Below are positions 16,674-29,600 of a stretch of 64,000 bases of DNA, piece by piece. The position numbers and the translations under genes were made by a program. This stretch comes from the human T2T-CHM13v2.0 reference genome, Homo sapiens, in assembly GCF_009914755.1 (NCBI RefSeq), contig NC_060939.1; one strand, given 5' to 3'. The notes under the pieces were generated by a model, which had not been told where the DNA came from, searched no databases, and saw nothing but the letters and a program-made list of their open reading frames with translations. Each line of letters opens with the position of its first letter. Position 1 is the stretch's first letter.

Positions 16674-17943
16674 GAGTAGGTTTTCTCACCCTAGACACTG
16701 TTGACATTTTGGGCCAGATAACTGTGTGTGTGTGTGTGGGGGGGTGTGTGTGTGTGGTGTGTGTGTGTGGGGTGTGTGTGGTGTGTGTGTGTGTGTGGGG
16801 TGTGTGTGGGGTGTGTGGTGTGTGTATGTGTGGTGTGTGTATGTGGTGTGTGTGTAGTGTGTGTGTGTGGGTGTGTGTGATGTATGGTGTGTGTGGTGTG
16901 TGGGTGTGTGGTGTGTGTGGTGTGTGTGTGGTGTGTGTGTGTGATGCATGTGTGGAGGGTGTGTGTGTGTGTGGTGTGTGTGGTGTCTGGGTGTGTGGTG
17001 TGTGTGTGTAGTGTGTGTGTAGTGTGTGTGGGTGTGTGTGATGTGTGTGGTGTGTGTGGTGTGTGGGTGTGTGCTGTGTGTGTGCTGTGTGTGTGCTGTG
17101 TGTGTGTGATGCACGTGTGGGGTGTGTGTGTGTGTGCTGTGTGTGATGCATGTGTGGGGTGTGTGTGTGTGTGTGGGGTGTGTGTGGGGTGTGTGGTGTG
17201 TGTATGTGTGGTGTGTGTATGTGGTGTGTGTGTAGTGTGTGTGTGTGGGTGTGTGTGATGTATGGTGTGTGTGGTGTGTGGGTGTGTGGTGTGTGTGGTG
17301 TGTGTGTGGTGTGTGTGTGTGATGCATGTGTGGAGGGTGTGTGTGTGTGGTGTGTGTGTGGTGCATGTGTGGTATGTGTGTGTGATGCATGTGTGTGTGG
17401 TGTGTGTGGGTGTGTGTGATGTGTGGTGTGTGTGTGGTGTGTGTGGTGTCTGGGTGTGTGGTGTGTGTGTGTAGTGTGTGTGTAGTGTGTGTGGGTGTGT
17501 GTGATGTGTGTGGTGTGTGTGGTGTGTGGGTGTGTGCTGTGTGTGTGCTGTGTGTGTGCTGTGTGTGTGATGCACGTGTGGGGTGTGTGTGTGTGTGCTG
17601 TGTGTGATGCATGTGTGGGGTGTGTGTGTGTGTGGTGCATGTGTGGTATGTGTGTGTGGTGCATGTGTGGGGTGTGTGGTGTGTGTGTGTAGTGTGTGTG
17701 TAGTGTGTGTGGGTGTGTGTGATGTGTGTGGTGTGTGTGGTGTGTGGGTGTGTGCTGTGTGTGTGCTGTGTGTGTGTGATGCACGTGTGGGGTGTGTGTG
17801 TGTGTGCTGTGTGTGATGCATGTGTGGGGTGTGTGTGTGTGTGGTGCATGTGTGGGGTGTGTGTGTGTGTGTGTGTATGGCAGGGTGTCTGAATTGTCTG
17901 TTGTCTCCTGGTGGGCAAAATTGCCTCTGGTTGAGAACTGTTG
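16674..17943. mobile_element. MER20 split by a GT-rich tandem repeat
   Basis: 5' piece CACTGTTGACATTTTGGGCCAGATAA (16674-16722) and 3' piece GGGCAAAATTGCCTCTGGTTGAGAAC (to ~17943). Confidence 0.7.
16723..17876. repeat. Compound (GT)n/GTGG microsatellite-derived VNTR with higher-order duplications, ~1.15 kb
   Basis: Almost entirely G/T; rare landmarks recur (GGAGGG ~16955/~17333; GTCTGG ~16987/~17450; CACGTG 17112/17573/17782). Confidence 0.97.
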
Positions 17944-20859
17944 TTCTAGAAGCAGCCACAGTCATAGGTATTTCAGAGGCCTCTGTAGCCATCCCTAGGC
18001 TTCTCCTTCAGTCGGGAGTATCAGAGTGCTAGGGGTGGTGGAGAGCATTTTCCAGCGCTCCCTGCACATTCCTGGGTGCAGCATGCTTCCCTTTCATTTT
18101 TGTGACTCTTCTTTTAGCCAGAAACCACATTGCTTCTCACATAGGTCTGTTGTTCACCGAGTCATTGTTGGTCCAGACAGGCTGGTCTGCAGCTTCTCTG
18201 ACTTTGCACCTTATGTTGACTAGGGGGAGGGTGGTGGATGGAGCATGGGACATCCTGAGCTGCTGTCCTGGATTGGCTTCTCACTGGTGGTATGGCTCAG
18301 CGTGCTTTGTCTGTAATGTTGGCACTGGATCCTGGTGAGCTTTTCACGTCATCAGATGGTATTATGGCCGAGGACCCTGAAATGCCTGAAGCCTGCTTGT
18401 GGGATTCTCAAAGGAAAGAGAATCTGAGAATAGTAGCAAATGGGAAACAAAGTCTGATGTGTCTTGTAATAAGGCACTAGTTATGTTCCTGAGAGGTCTT
18501 GGGCTAAATATCAAGTGCTCAAAGCCATTGTTCCGAATAATGGTTCTGAAAAGGGTTAAGTGTTTGAAGGTTTTATACTTGCAGTAACCAAATAGTTTTT
18601 TTCTCTATGGATTTAGTTAATGCTTTCAGTGGCCACAAAGTATATTTTAGTAAACTTTATAGGCCATGACCATCATAATCCATTGTTATAATCAATAAAG
18701 TATACAATTGAAATAAGATGTGGGGATGCACAGAGTGAAAATACAATGCAACTCCATCCACAATCACCAAGGGCAACAGATGTGTGAGATGCCATATTGG
18801 TGGCAAGCCCAAAATGGAGCTGTGCCATGTCTCGCGAGCAGCCGCCTTTCCCATGCCCCAAGCTGGCTTCCCTTTGTGCCCTATATCCATGTGATGGTGG
18901 CTGTGCTCACTTATAATCATTCCCATTATACTGAGTTCACAGTAAGACTTACGCTGTGAATCAAATGCCTGGAAACACTATCTGGGTTGGTGCCTAATGA
19001 CCCCCAGTGCCGACTTCCATTAAAGTCAAGTGTCATGTGTAGCTTGAACTTGAGGCCTAAATAGAGCCTTCTGTCTTCTTTAGGCCCAATGACCAACACT
19101 CCCAAGTGGTTGTTTGAAAAAAAAAAGAGATGGAGGACCCCGTGTTGTAGAAGAAAGGGCCAGGAGGATGAGGGCTTTCATAATGGTACTTCTGCTCACC
19201 AATAAACATGGTCTATTTGGCCATCTGGGATGCTAAACAGATTAGCGACTCTCCTATGGATAAAATGAGGATGATATTGATCTCACAGGCTCAGGGTGTG
19301 GATTAAATGACTTTATGAATGTACTCATGTAGTATTTTTAAGATTAAACACACTGGATCTCAGGCCTCAGACAGCTAGAAAATCCAAAGTTACCTCCCAT
19401 CTCTCCAAACTGGTACTGCCTGTAACGTGGCAGAATCGGCTTGCCCACGCAGTGCCTCCAAGGGCACCTTTGGTCTCCCATGTAATTGACTGTGAGCATT
19501 GGAAATAGCTGTGGTTTTTAATACAGTGATATTTCCTCTTCAGGGACTCCAGCCCCTCGTCTAGTTTCAACAACTGCTAGCTCAGTCCCAAGGCGTGGTT
19601 CTTGTTTCTTCCTTGTCTAATGGAGAGAGTGTTTGCATTTGCACAGGGTTTTTAATGGGCTGTAAGCTGTTGGCTCTGAGAGGGATTCTTGGCTCGGAGC
19701 CAGGGGGACTTGAAATGTTTGGGGAAGCCTAGGAGGGCTGCTGAGAGAGGCTCCTTTCTGCTGTACATATGGTTCACGTCGACATGGGCAGAAGGCAAGA
19801 GGAGCCCGCCTTGGTAGCACAGGCACTGCTGCAGTGCTCAGTTCTTTGCCAGAGCAAGGAATCTGGCCTGGGAAACTTCTTCTGTGAATAGCTGGGGCCA
19901 GAAGGTTCAGATCAAGCCAAAGATCTGTTAAGAGGGGCCCCTTTTTCTCATGGCAGAAATAGTGGTGGGAGCTCCCAATTTGGCTGTTGGTGGTGGTCTG
20001 GACCGTAGAGTTCTTGAGATGGAAGTAATTTCCAGAGATTTTCTCTTTCAGGCGAGACCACACCTAAGCCATCCCTGAAAGACTGATCCGTTCAATCTGG
20101 AACTGCTCTGGGAAGGGGACTTTGCACATCCCCTTCCTTGGAAACATCATCTATTTGTAGTGATCTGTGTCTTTGCCTTGTCACCCAAATCTCTTTAGCT
20201 GAGGCCTGTTTACCTTTCTCTCTGTAGAACTGCTCTTTGTGGCCTTGAAAGTCGTTGTTTAGGGTGGTCATCTCTTGGCTACTTTCCTGTCTGCTAATTC
20301 ATTTCAACTCTAGCACTTTTGGGTAGTGGCCAGGACAGTGCAGTGCTTCTCAAACATCTCCACCAAAATGCCCCACCAGCAAAAGAGTGTGAATATATGC
20401 ACCCACACACACACGTACACAGATGGCCTGCAGAAGCCCAAAGTGGCCTACTGAATGCTGGGAATTTTCTTGAAGGCTACTGTTTTATTTAAACATTCCT
20501 CAGAATGTGACATCTGTTCCCAAAAGATAACTGGTTGTTCTAATTTTTAAAACAATGTTTTAAATTACTTATCATAAGAAAAAAAATTCAGCCGTTTTCC
20601 CCCATTTTGTAAAAAGCCCTTGAGGAATCTGATAACCTGGGAAGATGCCACATGCTTTGTTGGGGGACTCTCTGGCGCTTCTTGACATGCTGCTAGCAAC
20701 CCCAGCTAGAGAAGCCTGGTGGTTGCGGGGAGGGGGTGGGCATCTCTTGGCTTCTGGAGCAGGCCGATCTGAGTTTGAATTCTGGCAGCACTGCTTCCCA
20801 GCAGCGTAACCTTCAGCAGATTGCATCAGCCAGGTGACAGACTCTCTGTTAGAGAGAGC

Positions 20860-21610
<751 letters not shown>

Positions 21611-23810
21611 TACCTTTGGTGTTACAGGGAAGCCTGAGTGGGTGAGGGAAAGGCTAAGGCAGGGAATCCAGGTAAGGTCAAATCTCAATCCATTTGCAGC
21701 CTCTTTCACTCAGCAGGTGTTTGTTGAACACTTGCTGCGTGCTGTGTTCTCTGCTGGATGCTGATGCTTTCCATGAAAATGCTTTCGGCTTGCCTTTGTT
21801 AAGCGGCATGCTGAACTCAGGGGCTTTCTGGGGAGTGCTGAATATTGACCCAGATGCAGACAGCCAAGTGACCAGGCAGACTCTTCTGCTAGAAGATTGC
21901 TGTTCCCCGAATCAGCCTCTGGGTCCAGAAGCCAGCACTCTTTATTTCATGCATTACTCATTATTTTGACTGTCCTGGTTGGCTTGGGTTGCAAATAGCC
22001 ACTTGCCGTGGAGAGCATGAGGCTATCACAAAAACCACACCAGGCACTGCACAGAGACATCTGCTTCTGTTTCCTGAGTAACTGCACAGCAACACAGGGC
22101 CAAGTGGGTACCAAGGCACATGCCCTGTGTTATTTTCTAGTTATAACGAAGTACAGTTTCCATGTGGCTGGTGATGAAAGAGTCAGGTCAATTTCAGAAA
22201 GAAGAGTGTTTCCGATTATGCAGATCACATCCAAATATTTACCTCATTGCATCGTAGTTTTGGCTGGGCCCTGCTTTTAAAGATCATGGAAATCCATCCG
22301 GGCCTCCTTTGCACTGCGTTTAGGGAAGTTCTGTGCTCAGAGCCTCTTTGCTGGCAGTGGGGAGCCCTGGGTACAACCTGGGATTGCCTCTCCCTGTTGT
22401 GGTACTTGAAGCGAATCAATAAGTGGCAAGAAATGTAAGTGTGCTTCCAGGAAAAATCAGAGGCTGTTAGCACTGGAAGGGACCTCAGCCCTCATTAAGT
22501 CCAACCAGCTCAGTTTACTGATATGGAAACTGAGGTCCCGAGCCACAGACCAGCTGGCCTCAAATCACAAAGAGAGGGACGGCAGACTTGGGACCAGCCT
22601 GCAGGGTCCAGTCCAGAGCTTCCCACGAGTCCACCCTTTCCTCTTCTTTCATCTTTCTACATTTCCTGTTTGCTGTTATACCTCTTTTATTAAAAGTATA
22701 CGGTATTTCCAGTGGAATCTGCTTAGCTTACGTACCATGTGAGGGGCAGTTCTCAGTCCATGAATGTTTCCTTGTCTCGTATGAGAAATTCTGAGTTGGC
22801 CTCAACTTGAATGGCAGAAGTAGAAGGGGTGGTTCAAAATGCAGGAAATTTGAGGGTAATAAAATCATGTGGCTAGAGCATTTGGGGGCTAAGGAAGTAG
22901 CAGCCTATGAGCTCAGTTTAGCCCTTTTCTCTTTGAGTCGCCCATAGGGGTGTCCAGTGGTCAGTGATTCTCAAACCAGAGGATGCATTCAAATCACTGG
23001 GGAGCTTATTTAAAATGCATATTCCTGGGCCTTTCCCCAGAGGTTCTTATTCACTAGGTTTGGTGTAGGAACCAGGAATCTGCATTTCTCAAGTTATACG
23101 TCAGGTAGATTGTGTTGCACATTACCCCGTGGCTCTCACCTTGAGAAGCGTAGCACAGCAGCAGGAGAGATAGGGCAGGGGCATGTCCACGTGTTCAGGG
23201 TATACACTCAATAACATATACTTGGAGAAGTATGGTGCAGTTTGTGTGTCTGAGATCATTTACTGTGAGAATTCTCCAACTGGGAGGACACAGGTATTGA
23301 GAGAAAGCCTTCGGGTAGAGCTGGAAAGTGCAGAACACCAGACTCAGAACTACTTAGCTGCTGGGTGGCTGCATGTCAGTGGTGCTTTCCTCTGCATGGT
23401 TCATATTTTCTCTAAAGCGTGGCTGTCTCATTCCTCATTTATCTTGGTTTCCCTGGGCCTCTACCCACTCCTCCTTTATTTTGGTTTTGTGCAAATACAT
23501 CATTTAACTGTTCCTGAAATGCATTTGTAGAACTCATTTACATAATAATTTCTATTGGGGCAATTCTGATCCAATAATCAAGGCTGAATGTATTGTGCTC
23601 CCGTCTTCCATACTGTGAGGTTCTTACACTGATACTGCAGCTGCTGGCATTAACACGAATGCTGAAAGGTAAAATTTGGGGCCTTTTGCAATGTGTCATG
23701 TCAGAGTCTAGATAGTTGATCAAGATGTAACATTAAATCATCTGTCTCAGATGATTTATCACCATAGTGATAATACTGAATTTAGATCTGGCTGGAGTCT
23801 GGAGATTCTC

Positions 23811-24253
23811 TTTTTTTTTTTTTTTTTTGAGATGGAATTTTGTTTGCTGTTGTCGCCCAGGCTGGAGGACAATGGCACAATCTCAGCTCACTGCAACCTC
23901 CTCCTCCTTGCTTGAAATGTAAGGTTTCACTGGTTTCTAATTCTCTTTCTACAAAATAAACCTCCCATCTGTTCTTCATAGAAAACGAGTCACATGCAAA
24001 GTCTGAAATTCTAAAGTCTTGTTTCAAGTCGAAAGTCTCCTTCTTCAGGTTCAAGTGATTCTCCTGCCTCAGCCTCCCGAGTAGCTGGGATTACAAGCGT
24101 GCACCACCACGCCTGGCTAATTTTTGTATTTTTAGCAGAGACGGGGTTTCACCACGTTGGCCAGGCTAGTCTTGAACTCCCAACCTCAGGTGATCCGCCC
24201 ACCTCGGCCTCCCAAAGTGCTGGGATTACAGGCATGAGCCACCGCGCCCGGCC
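23811..24253 (-). mobile_element. AluS carrying a 138-bp foreign insertion (23908-24045)
   Basis: Alu text breaks at CTGCAACCTCCTCCTCC and resumes at CAGGTTCAAGTGATTC; TSD TGGAGATTCTCT. Confidence 0.92.
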
Positions 24254-24590
24254 ACGTTTGGAGATTCTCTATGAAGTGGTCCCACCTCCCCGAGCTCCTG
24301 CACAGGCCCCAGGTTGTCCTAGCTGAGCAGCCAGCTATATGTTCCTGCTTTCATTTGCTCTCAGGTTCCCAAAACTTTGTTCTCAGGGCTCAAACTCCAA
24401 GGTGTATTTTTGAAACGTTTGCTTTAGAGTGTTGACTTGGTTATGTGGCTAAAACTAAACCTACTTTTTCCAGTCTCTCTTAGAATGAGACTTTAGAATT
24501 TCAGACTTTGCATGTGACTCGTTTTCTATGAAGAACAGATGGGAGGTTTATTTTGTAGAAAGAGAATTAGAAACCAGTGAAACCTTACAT
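23917..24590. repeat. Perfect 103-bp inverted repeat (arms 23917-24019 and 24488-24590, 468-bp spacer)
   Basis: Base-by-base reverse-complement comparison gives 103/103 identity. Confidence 0.95.
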
Positions 24591-25483
24591 GATTTCACAT
24601 TAGTACAGAAACCAAATCCATTGAAAACATTGAGAGCTGTTCTGGTTATGAATTTACTGGTGGCGATGAGAAATTTCCAGGGTTTTCTGTGACAAGACTA
24701 TCACCAACTCTTAGTTCACTCTGTGCCTCCCACTCTCCACAATCTGCTCCAAATCTTTCTCCATTTAATCTATTTATTTTTATTTATTGAGCAAGCAATA
24801 TTGTAACCATGACTGAAATTTTTTAAATTACGAGAAAACTTATCCTGGGTCCAGCTTCAGTAGCAGATCGTATGTTTTCATTTTTCCATGTCACCTTCCA
24901 GGCTCTGTTCCTATGCTACAGAATCTTTACATTATTATAATCATGGTGTCGTTATAAGTTTATATTTGACATTTTTCAATTAATATTGTATTACAAGACT
25001 ATTTCCATATTGCTCTGTATTATTCATGATTATGATGTTTCATGGACTCATTTGACCCTCATTTATTTGACCATCCTTATATTTTGGTCATTTATGTTCA
25101 TTTCCCTTAAAAAGGCTATGATGAAGTAAACCCCATCCACAATTGCTCTGATAATTACCTCTCCTGTTCTTCTCAAAGCTCGCCTGCTGTCTCTCCTGTG
25201 AGCCTCTGATTCACTTGGCCCCATCATGTTTCATGGAGACCATGGTTCTGTAGTTACTCTGGCTGTGGTCAATTACTGCCGCTAAATGACTCTTTCTGCC
25301 CTGGGCTCGCTTAATCATGAGGCTTCTGCCAAGTCCAGACCACCTCCCTCTTCCAGCCTTTGCTCGTTCCAGGAGCTGCTTTCTGTCCTCCAAGTCCTGT
25401 GCCAAAGGCAGACCCAGTTCATTTCACATTATCTTGATTACCACATTTTATGCATATATTGTAATATTTGCAATCATTTAGAT

Positions 25484-25829
25484 CAGGGGTCTTCAAACCC
25501 TGGGCTGTGGACCAGTACTGGGCCGCAGCCTGTTAGGAACCCAGCCGCACAGCAGGAGGTGAGCGGCGGGCCAGCGGGCATTACCATCTGAGCTCCACCT
25601 CCTGTCAGATGGGCAGCGGCATTAGATTCTCATAGGAGCGTGAACCCTATTGTGAACTGTGCATGTGAGGGATCTAGGTTGTACGCTCCTTATGAGAATC
25701 TAATGTCTGATGATTTGAGATGGAACAGTTTCATCCTGAAACCATCTCTACCCCCGCCACCACCACATCTGTGGAAAAATTGTCTTTCATGGAACTGGTT
25801 CCTGGTGCCAAAAAGGTTGGGGACCACTG
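25484..25829. mobile_element. MER1B (hAT-Charlie), full length
   Basis: CAGGGGTC...GGGGACCACTG termini; perfect 8-bp TSD ATTTAGAT. Confidence 0.9.
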
Positions 25830-26424
25830 ATTTAGATATCATTTAGGGTTCTTTACTGCAAGCAACAGAAACTAACATAAGCGATAAGGAATTTACAATA
25901 ACGAGTCTAGGAAGCAGGTGGGAAGTGAGGCACATCAGAGAGCAATTGCACATGATTGGTCTCAGCATAAACAGCAAGTTCAAAGGAGCTGCTGCTGGAG
26001 CCAAGGACTCAAAGCCATTTGGTCTGCTGGTCAATTTGCTGGAAATTCAAATTCCAGGGAGGAAGTGTCCATTGATCCACATTGCCTACCTTGGCTTTAG
26101 CTGGCAGGGCCCCTGAATACATTTCCACCACACTTAATCCAATGTGGAGAGGTGACTACAGACCTAAGGAAAGGGGAATGCTGCCCCATATATACACCTT
26201 CCTATGGATATATATTTATGCAAATGTCCCTGCCTAACATTAACCAACACTTCCATAGAGCCGATCTCAAAATGTGGTCAGTTAGGGCATCCAGCTCCAA
26301 ATCCAAAGTCTTTGGCAGGGGTTTCAGTTTCCCTCTAACACTGTCACAGTCTCTTGCACAGCCCAAGTTGAGTTAAATGGGAAGGGGACTACACTGCTTC
26401 TCTAACTTCTCTAGGTGCTGTTTC

Positions 26425-26754
26425 TTTTTCTTTTTTTCTCTTTTCTTTTCTTTTTTATTTTTTTTTTATTTTGAGATGGAGTCTTTCTCTGTCGCCCAGG
26501 CTGGAGTGCAGTGGTGAAATCTTGGCTCACAGCAGTCTCTGCCCCCTGGGCTCAAGTGATAATCCTGCCTCACCCTCCTGAGTAGCTGGGATTACAGGCA
26601 CCCACTACCATGCCCAGCTAATTTTTGTATTTTTAGTAGAGACGGGGTTTCACCATGTTGGCCAGGCTGGTCACGAACGCCTGACCTCAAATTATCCACC
26701 CACCTCAGCCTCCCAAAGTACTGGGAGTACAGATATGAGCCACCGTGCCAGGCT
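26425..26754 (-). mobile_element. AluS
   Basis: Reverse Alu with long degenerate T-tail. Confidence 0.9.
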
Positions 26755-27648
26755 CTGGATGTCGTTTCTGTTTCCTGCTCCCTGGCTCATGGCCCATCAT
26801 GACTATTTAGAGAGGCACCATAATATCAAGCAGTAGTTTTTAAATGAGGAGGGGGATATCAGGTTTGGAGGATTTCATCCAAAATACATGGCCCCCTTAA
26901 CCCTAGCCTCACCCCATGCAGGGCAGGTCATAATCTCTTGGGGGAAGGGTCACGGCATGGCATGTGTGCTTTGAACAAGCTCCTCTTCTAATTCTGTTAT
27001 GTTACCCTGACACCCACCTCACCCCCATCCTTTAAAACCTCCAGTGAAGCGGAGAGAGCACTGATTTGATTCTTGGGTTGGACCTGTGTCTTACACATTA
27101 TAAAGCTTCTGAATGGTAGTGTACATTCTCCCAGTGAAGGGACAAAGTGGAGATTTCCTCTGTCCCTGCTGGGGGACATGTTAGATGCCTTACCTAGCCA
27201 TTTCATTTCATCTACCAAGTAATACTAGCAGATTCGCATTCTTTTATCTCACATATATTTTTAAAGCCCACATCATCCACTAGACCACACGGACACTCTG
27301 AACCTCAGTGACTACATCTGCAAAATGGAAATATACATCCTTGAAATGAATCTTGTGAGTATCAGAGAGTTTGTGTTAAAGTAGTTAGGGCAGATAAGGG
27401 GTATTTTTGCTCTTCCACTGGGCTTCTTCTGTCTGTAATCCTCCAGCATATCTCTTCCCTTCCCTCAGTGGCAGACCTTACCTCTTTCATAGAAGGCTGA
27501 AGCCATCCAATGTTAACTTCATCTTCCACTCCTTTCCTTACACCAACATGTCGTTTTCCATCATGGAAGATCTCTTTTGTTTGTTTTGTTTTTCTGATCA
27601 TTTAAATAACTTTACCCTAGATTTTCTTAGGACCCAGCAGTCTATGGG

Positions 27649-28000
27649 TGATATGGTTGTGTCCCCACCCAAATCTCATCTTGAACTGTATGTAGGTCCC
27701 ACAATTCCCATGTGTTGTGGGAGGGACCTGGTGGGAGGCAACTGAATCATGGGGGCGGGTCTTTCCTGTGCTATTCTTATGATAGTGAGTAAATTTCACG
27801 AGAGCTGATGATTTTATAAAGGGGAGTTTCCCTGTACAATTTTCTTCTCTTGTCTTCTCTTCTCTTGTTCTTCTCTCTTGAGATGTGCCTTTCACCTTCC
27901 ACCATGATTGTGGAACTGTGAATCCAGTAAAACTGTTTCTTTTGTAAACTGCCCAGTCTTGGGTATGTCTTTATTATCAGCATGAAAACGGATTAATACA
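27649..28000 (+). mobile_element. THE1-family solo LTR
   Basis: TGATATGGTTGTGTCCCCACCCAAATCTCATCTTG...GAAAACGGATTAATACA; TSD ATGGG/TTGGG. Confidence 0.9.
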
Positions 28001-28527
28001 TTGGGTATAAAGTCATTTAAACGCTATCACTCCAATTTTTGTGACCTTCTGTTCACATGTACACAGTGCAGAATCTTAGCTACCCCTAAGGTCACTCTAA
28101 TCGTTGCTGGAAATCACAGGAGGTATCCTGGGTGCTCATGAACTGTTACGAATTTTTTGAACTCTAGAAATAAACTCTAAGCCTCAGTTTTTCATCTGTA
28201 AAGGGAGGTGATGATAGTTTCTTTAGGTGGGTGTTTTGAGGATTAATTAGATAATATATATAAAGTAATTAGCCTTCGGTTGGCCTGTATTCTGTTACTA
28301 AATAAATAGTTGTTATTGGTGTCACTGTTAAACACCTGCTAATAGGCCTTGCCAGCTGCTGCAAGGTGTGGATGTGATCCCCAGGGCAACTGGCTAGTAT
28401 AGGAAGTTGGTGAGGGGTGGGTGATGAGGACACACTGCATTCTGCCTTATTTTTCTTGCTGCTTTGTTTGGTGGGAAAAGATTTTCTAGTTGGGCTCTGT
28501 TAGTTGCCAAGGTCAGAAAACTACTCA

Positions 28528-28627
28528 TATTAGATTGAATCATATGAAAGTATTAATCATATGAAATTGTATTTTTATAGATCAAAGATGGTCAAATATC
28601 AGTGATTTTTTAATGTTTCAACTGAAC
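28528..28627. mobile_element. MADE2-like mariner MITE with an internal duplication
   Basis: TATTAGATTGAATCATATGAAA...GATCAAAGATGGTCAAATATC...TTCAAC; AATCATATGAAA is duplicated. Confidence 0.6.
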
Positions 28628-28679
28628 ACTTAAAGAGTGATATCAACAAATAGGTTTATTCTCTTACACTGTCCTATAG

Positions 28680-29190
28680 TTTTGTTTTTTCACTAATTAA
28701 TATAGTGAAAAAATATATGGAGAGCTGTTCCTTTTAACAGATATAAATCTACCTCATCCTACCAGATAAATTACATTCCATTGTTTGGATAGATTTCATT
28801 CTAACCGGGCTCCTATTCATGAACATTTAGGTTGCTTCCTTTTTTTACTGTTGTTCTTACAAAATATGATGCAATATGTGTCTTTATGTATATATATATA
28901 ACTTTATATAGTATTTTTGAGTATATCTGTAAGATGAACTACTAAAAGTAGAGCTGCTGGTGAAAGAGTATGTGCATTGGAAATTGTGATAGGTATTGCA
29001 AAGTTCTCTCCCAAGAAGTTGCCCAAATTTAGATTCTAATCAGCAGTGAACATTCTTGCCATATCAGTATTGTCAAACTTTATAATATTCGGCAATCTAA
29101 TGGGTTTTAAATAGAATTTTGGTGCTTTATTTTGCATTATTTTCATTATATGTGATGTTAAACAATTTTCATATGTTATTTATTTTCCTG
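28680..29190 (-). mobile_element. Old L1M (L1ME-like) fragment
   Basis: GAACATTTAGGTTGCTTCC and TTTGCATT..GATGTTAAACA L1 3' motifs; AT-rich. Confidence 0.6.
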
Positions 29191-29191
29191 T

Positions 29192-29600
29192 TGTATATTA
29201 GCTTGAGCAGCTATAATAAACCATAGACTGGGTGCTTAAGCAACAGGAATTTATTTCTCATAGTTCTGGAGGCTGGGAAGTCCAAGATCAAGGTGTTGAG
29301 CGATTTAGTTTCCTGGTGAGGGTTCTCTTCCTGGCTTGCAGAGAGCTGCCTTCTCCCTGTGTTCTCATATGGTGGGGTGGGGAGTGGGGCTAAGAGAGAG
29401 AGGGAGAAAACTGGTTTCTCTTCCTTACTCTGGTCTCTCTTCTGCTTATAAGGACATAAATCCTATCATGGGGGCCTCACCCTCATGACCTCATCTAAAC
29501 CTAGTTACCTCCCAAAGGCCCCACCTCCAAATACAATCATACTGAGGATTTGGGCTTCAATATATGAATGGTGGGGAGGGACAGGTTCAGTCCACAACAC
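29192..29600 (-). mobile_element. MLT1A-type MaLR LTR
   Basis: ATTTATTTCTCATAGTTCTGGAGGCTGGGAAGTCCAAGATCAAGG...CAGTCCACAACA. Confidence 0.8.

Noticed and set aside
16646-17992. Long His/Thr/Pro-rich (-) and Val/Cys/Gly-rich (+) ORFs up to 433 aa
   Set aside because: By-products of the stop-poor GT/CA repeat; no splice or promoter support.
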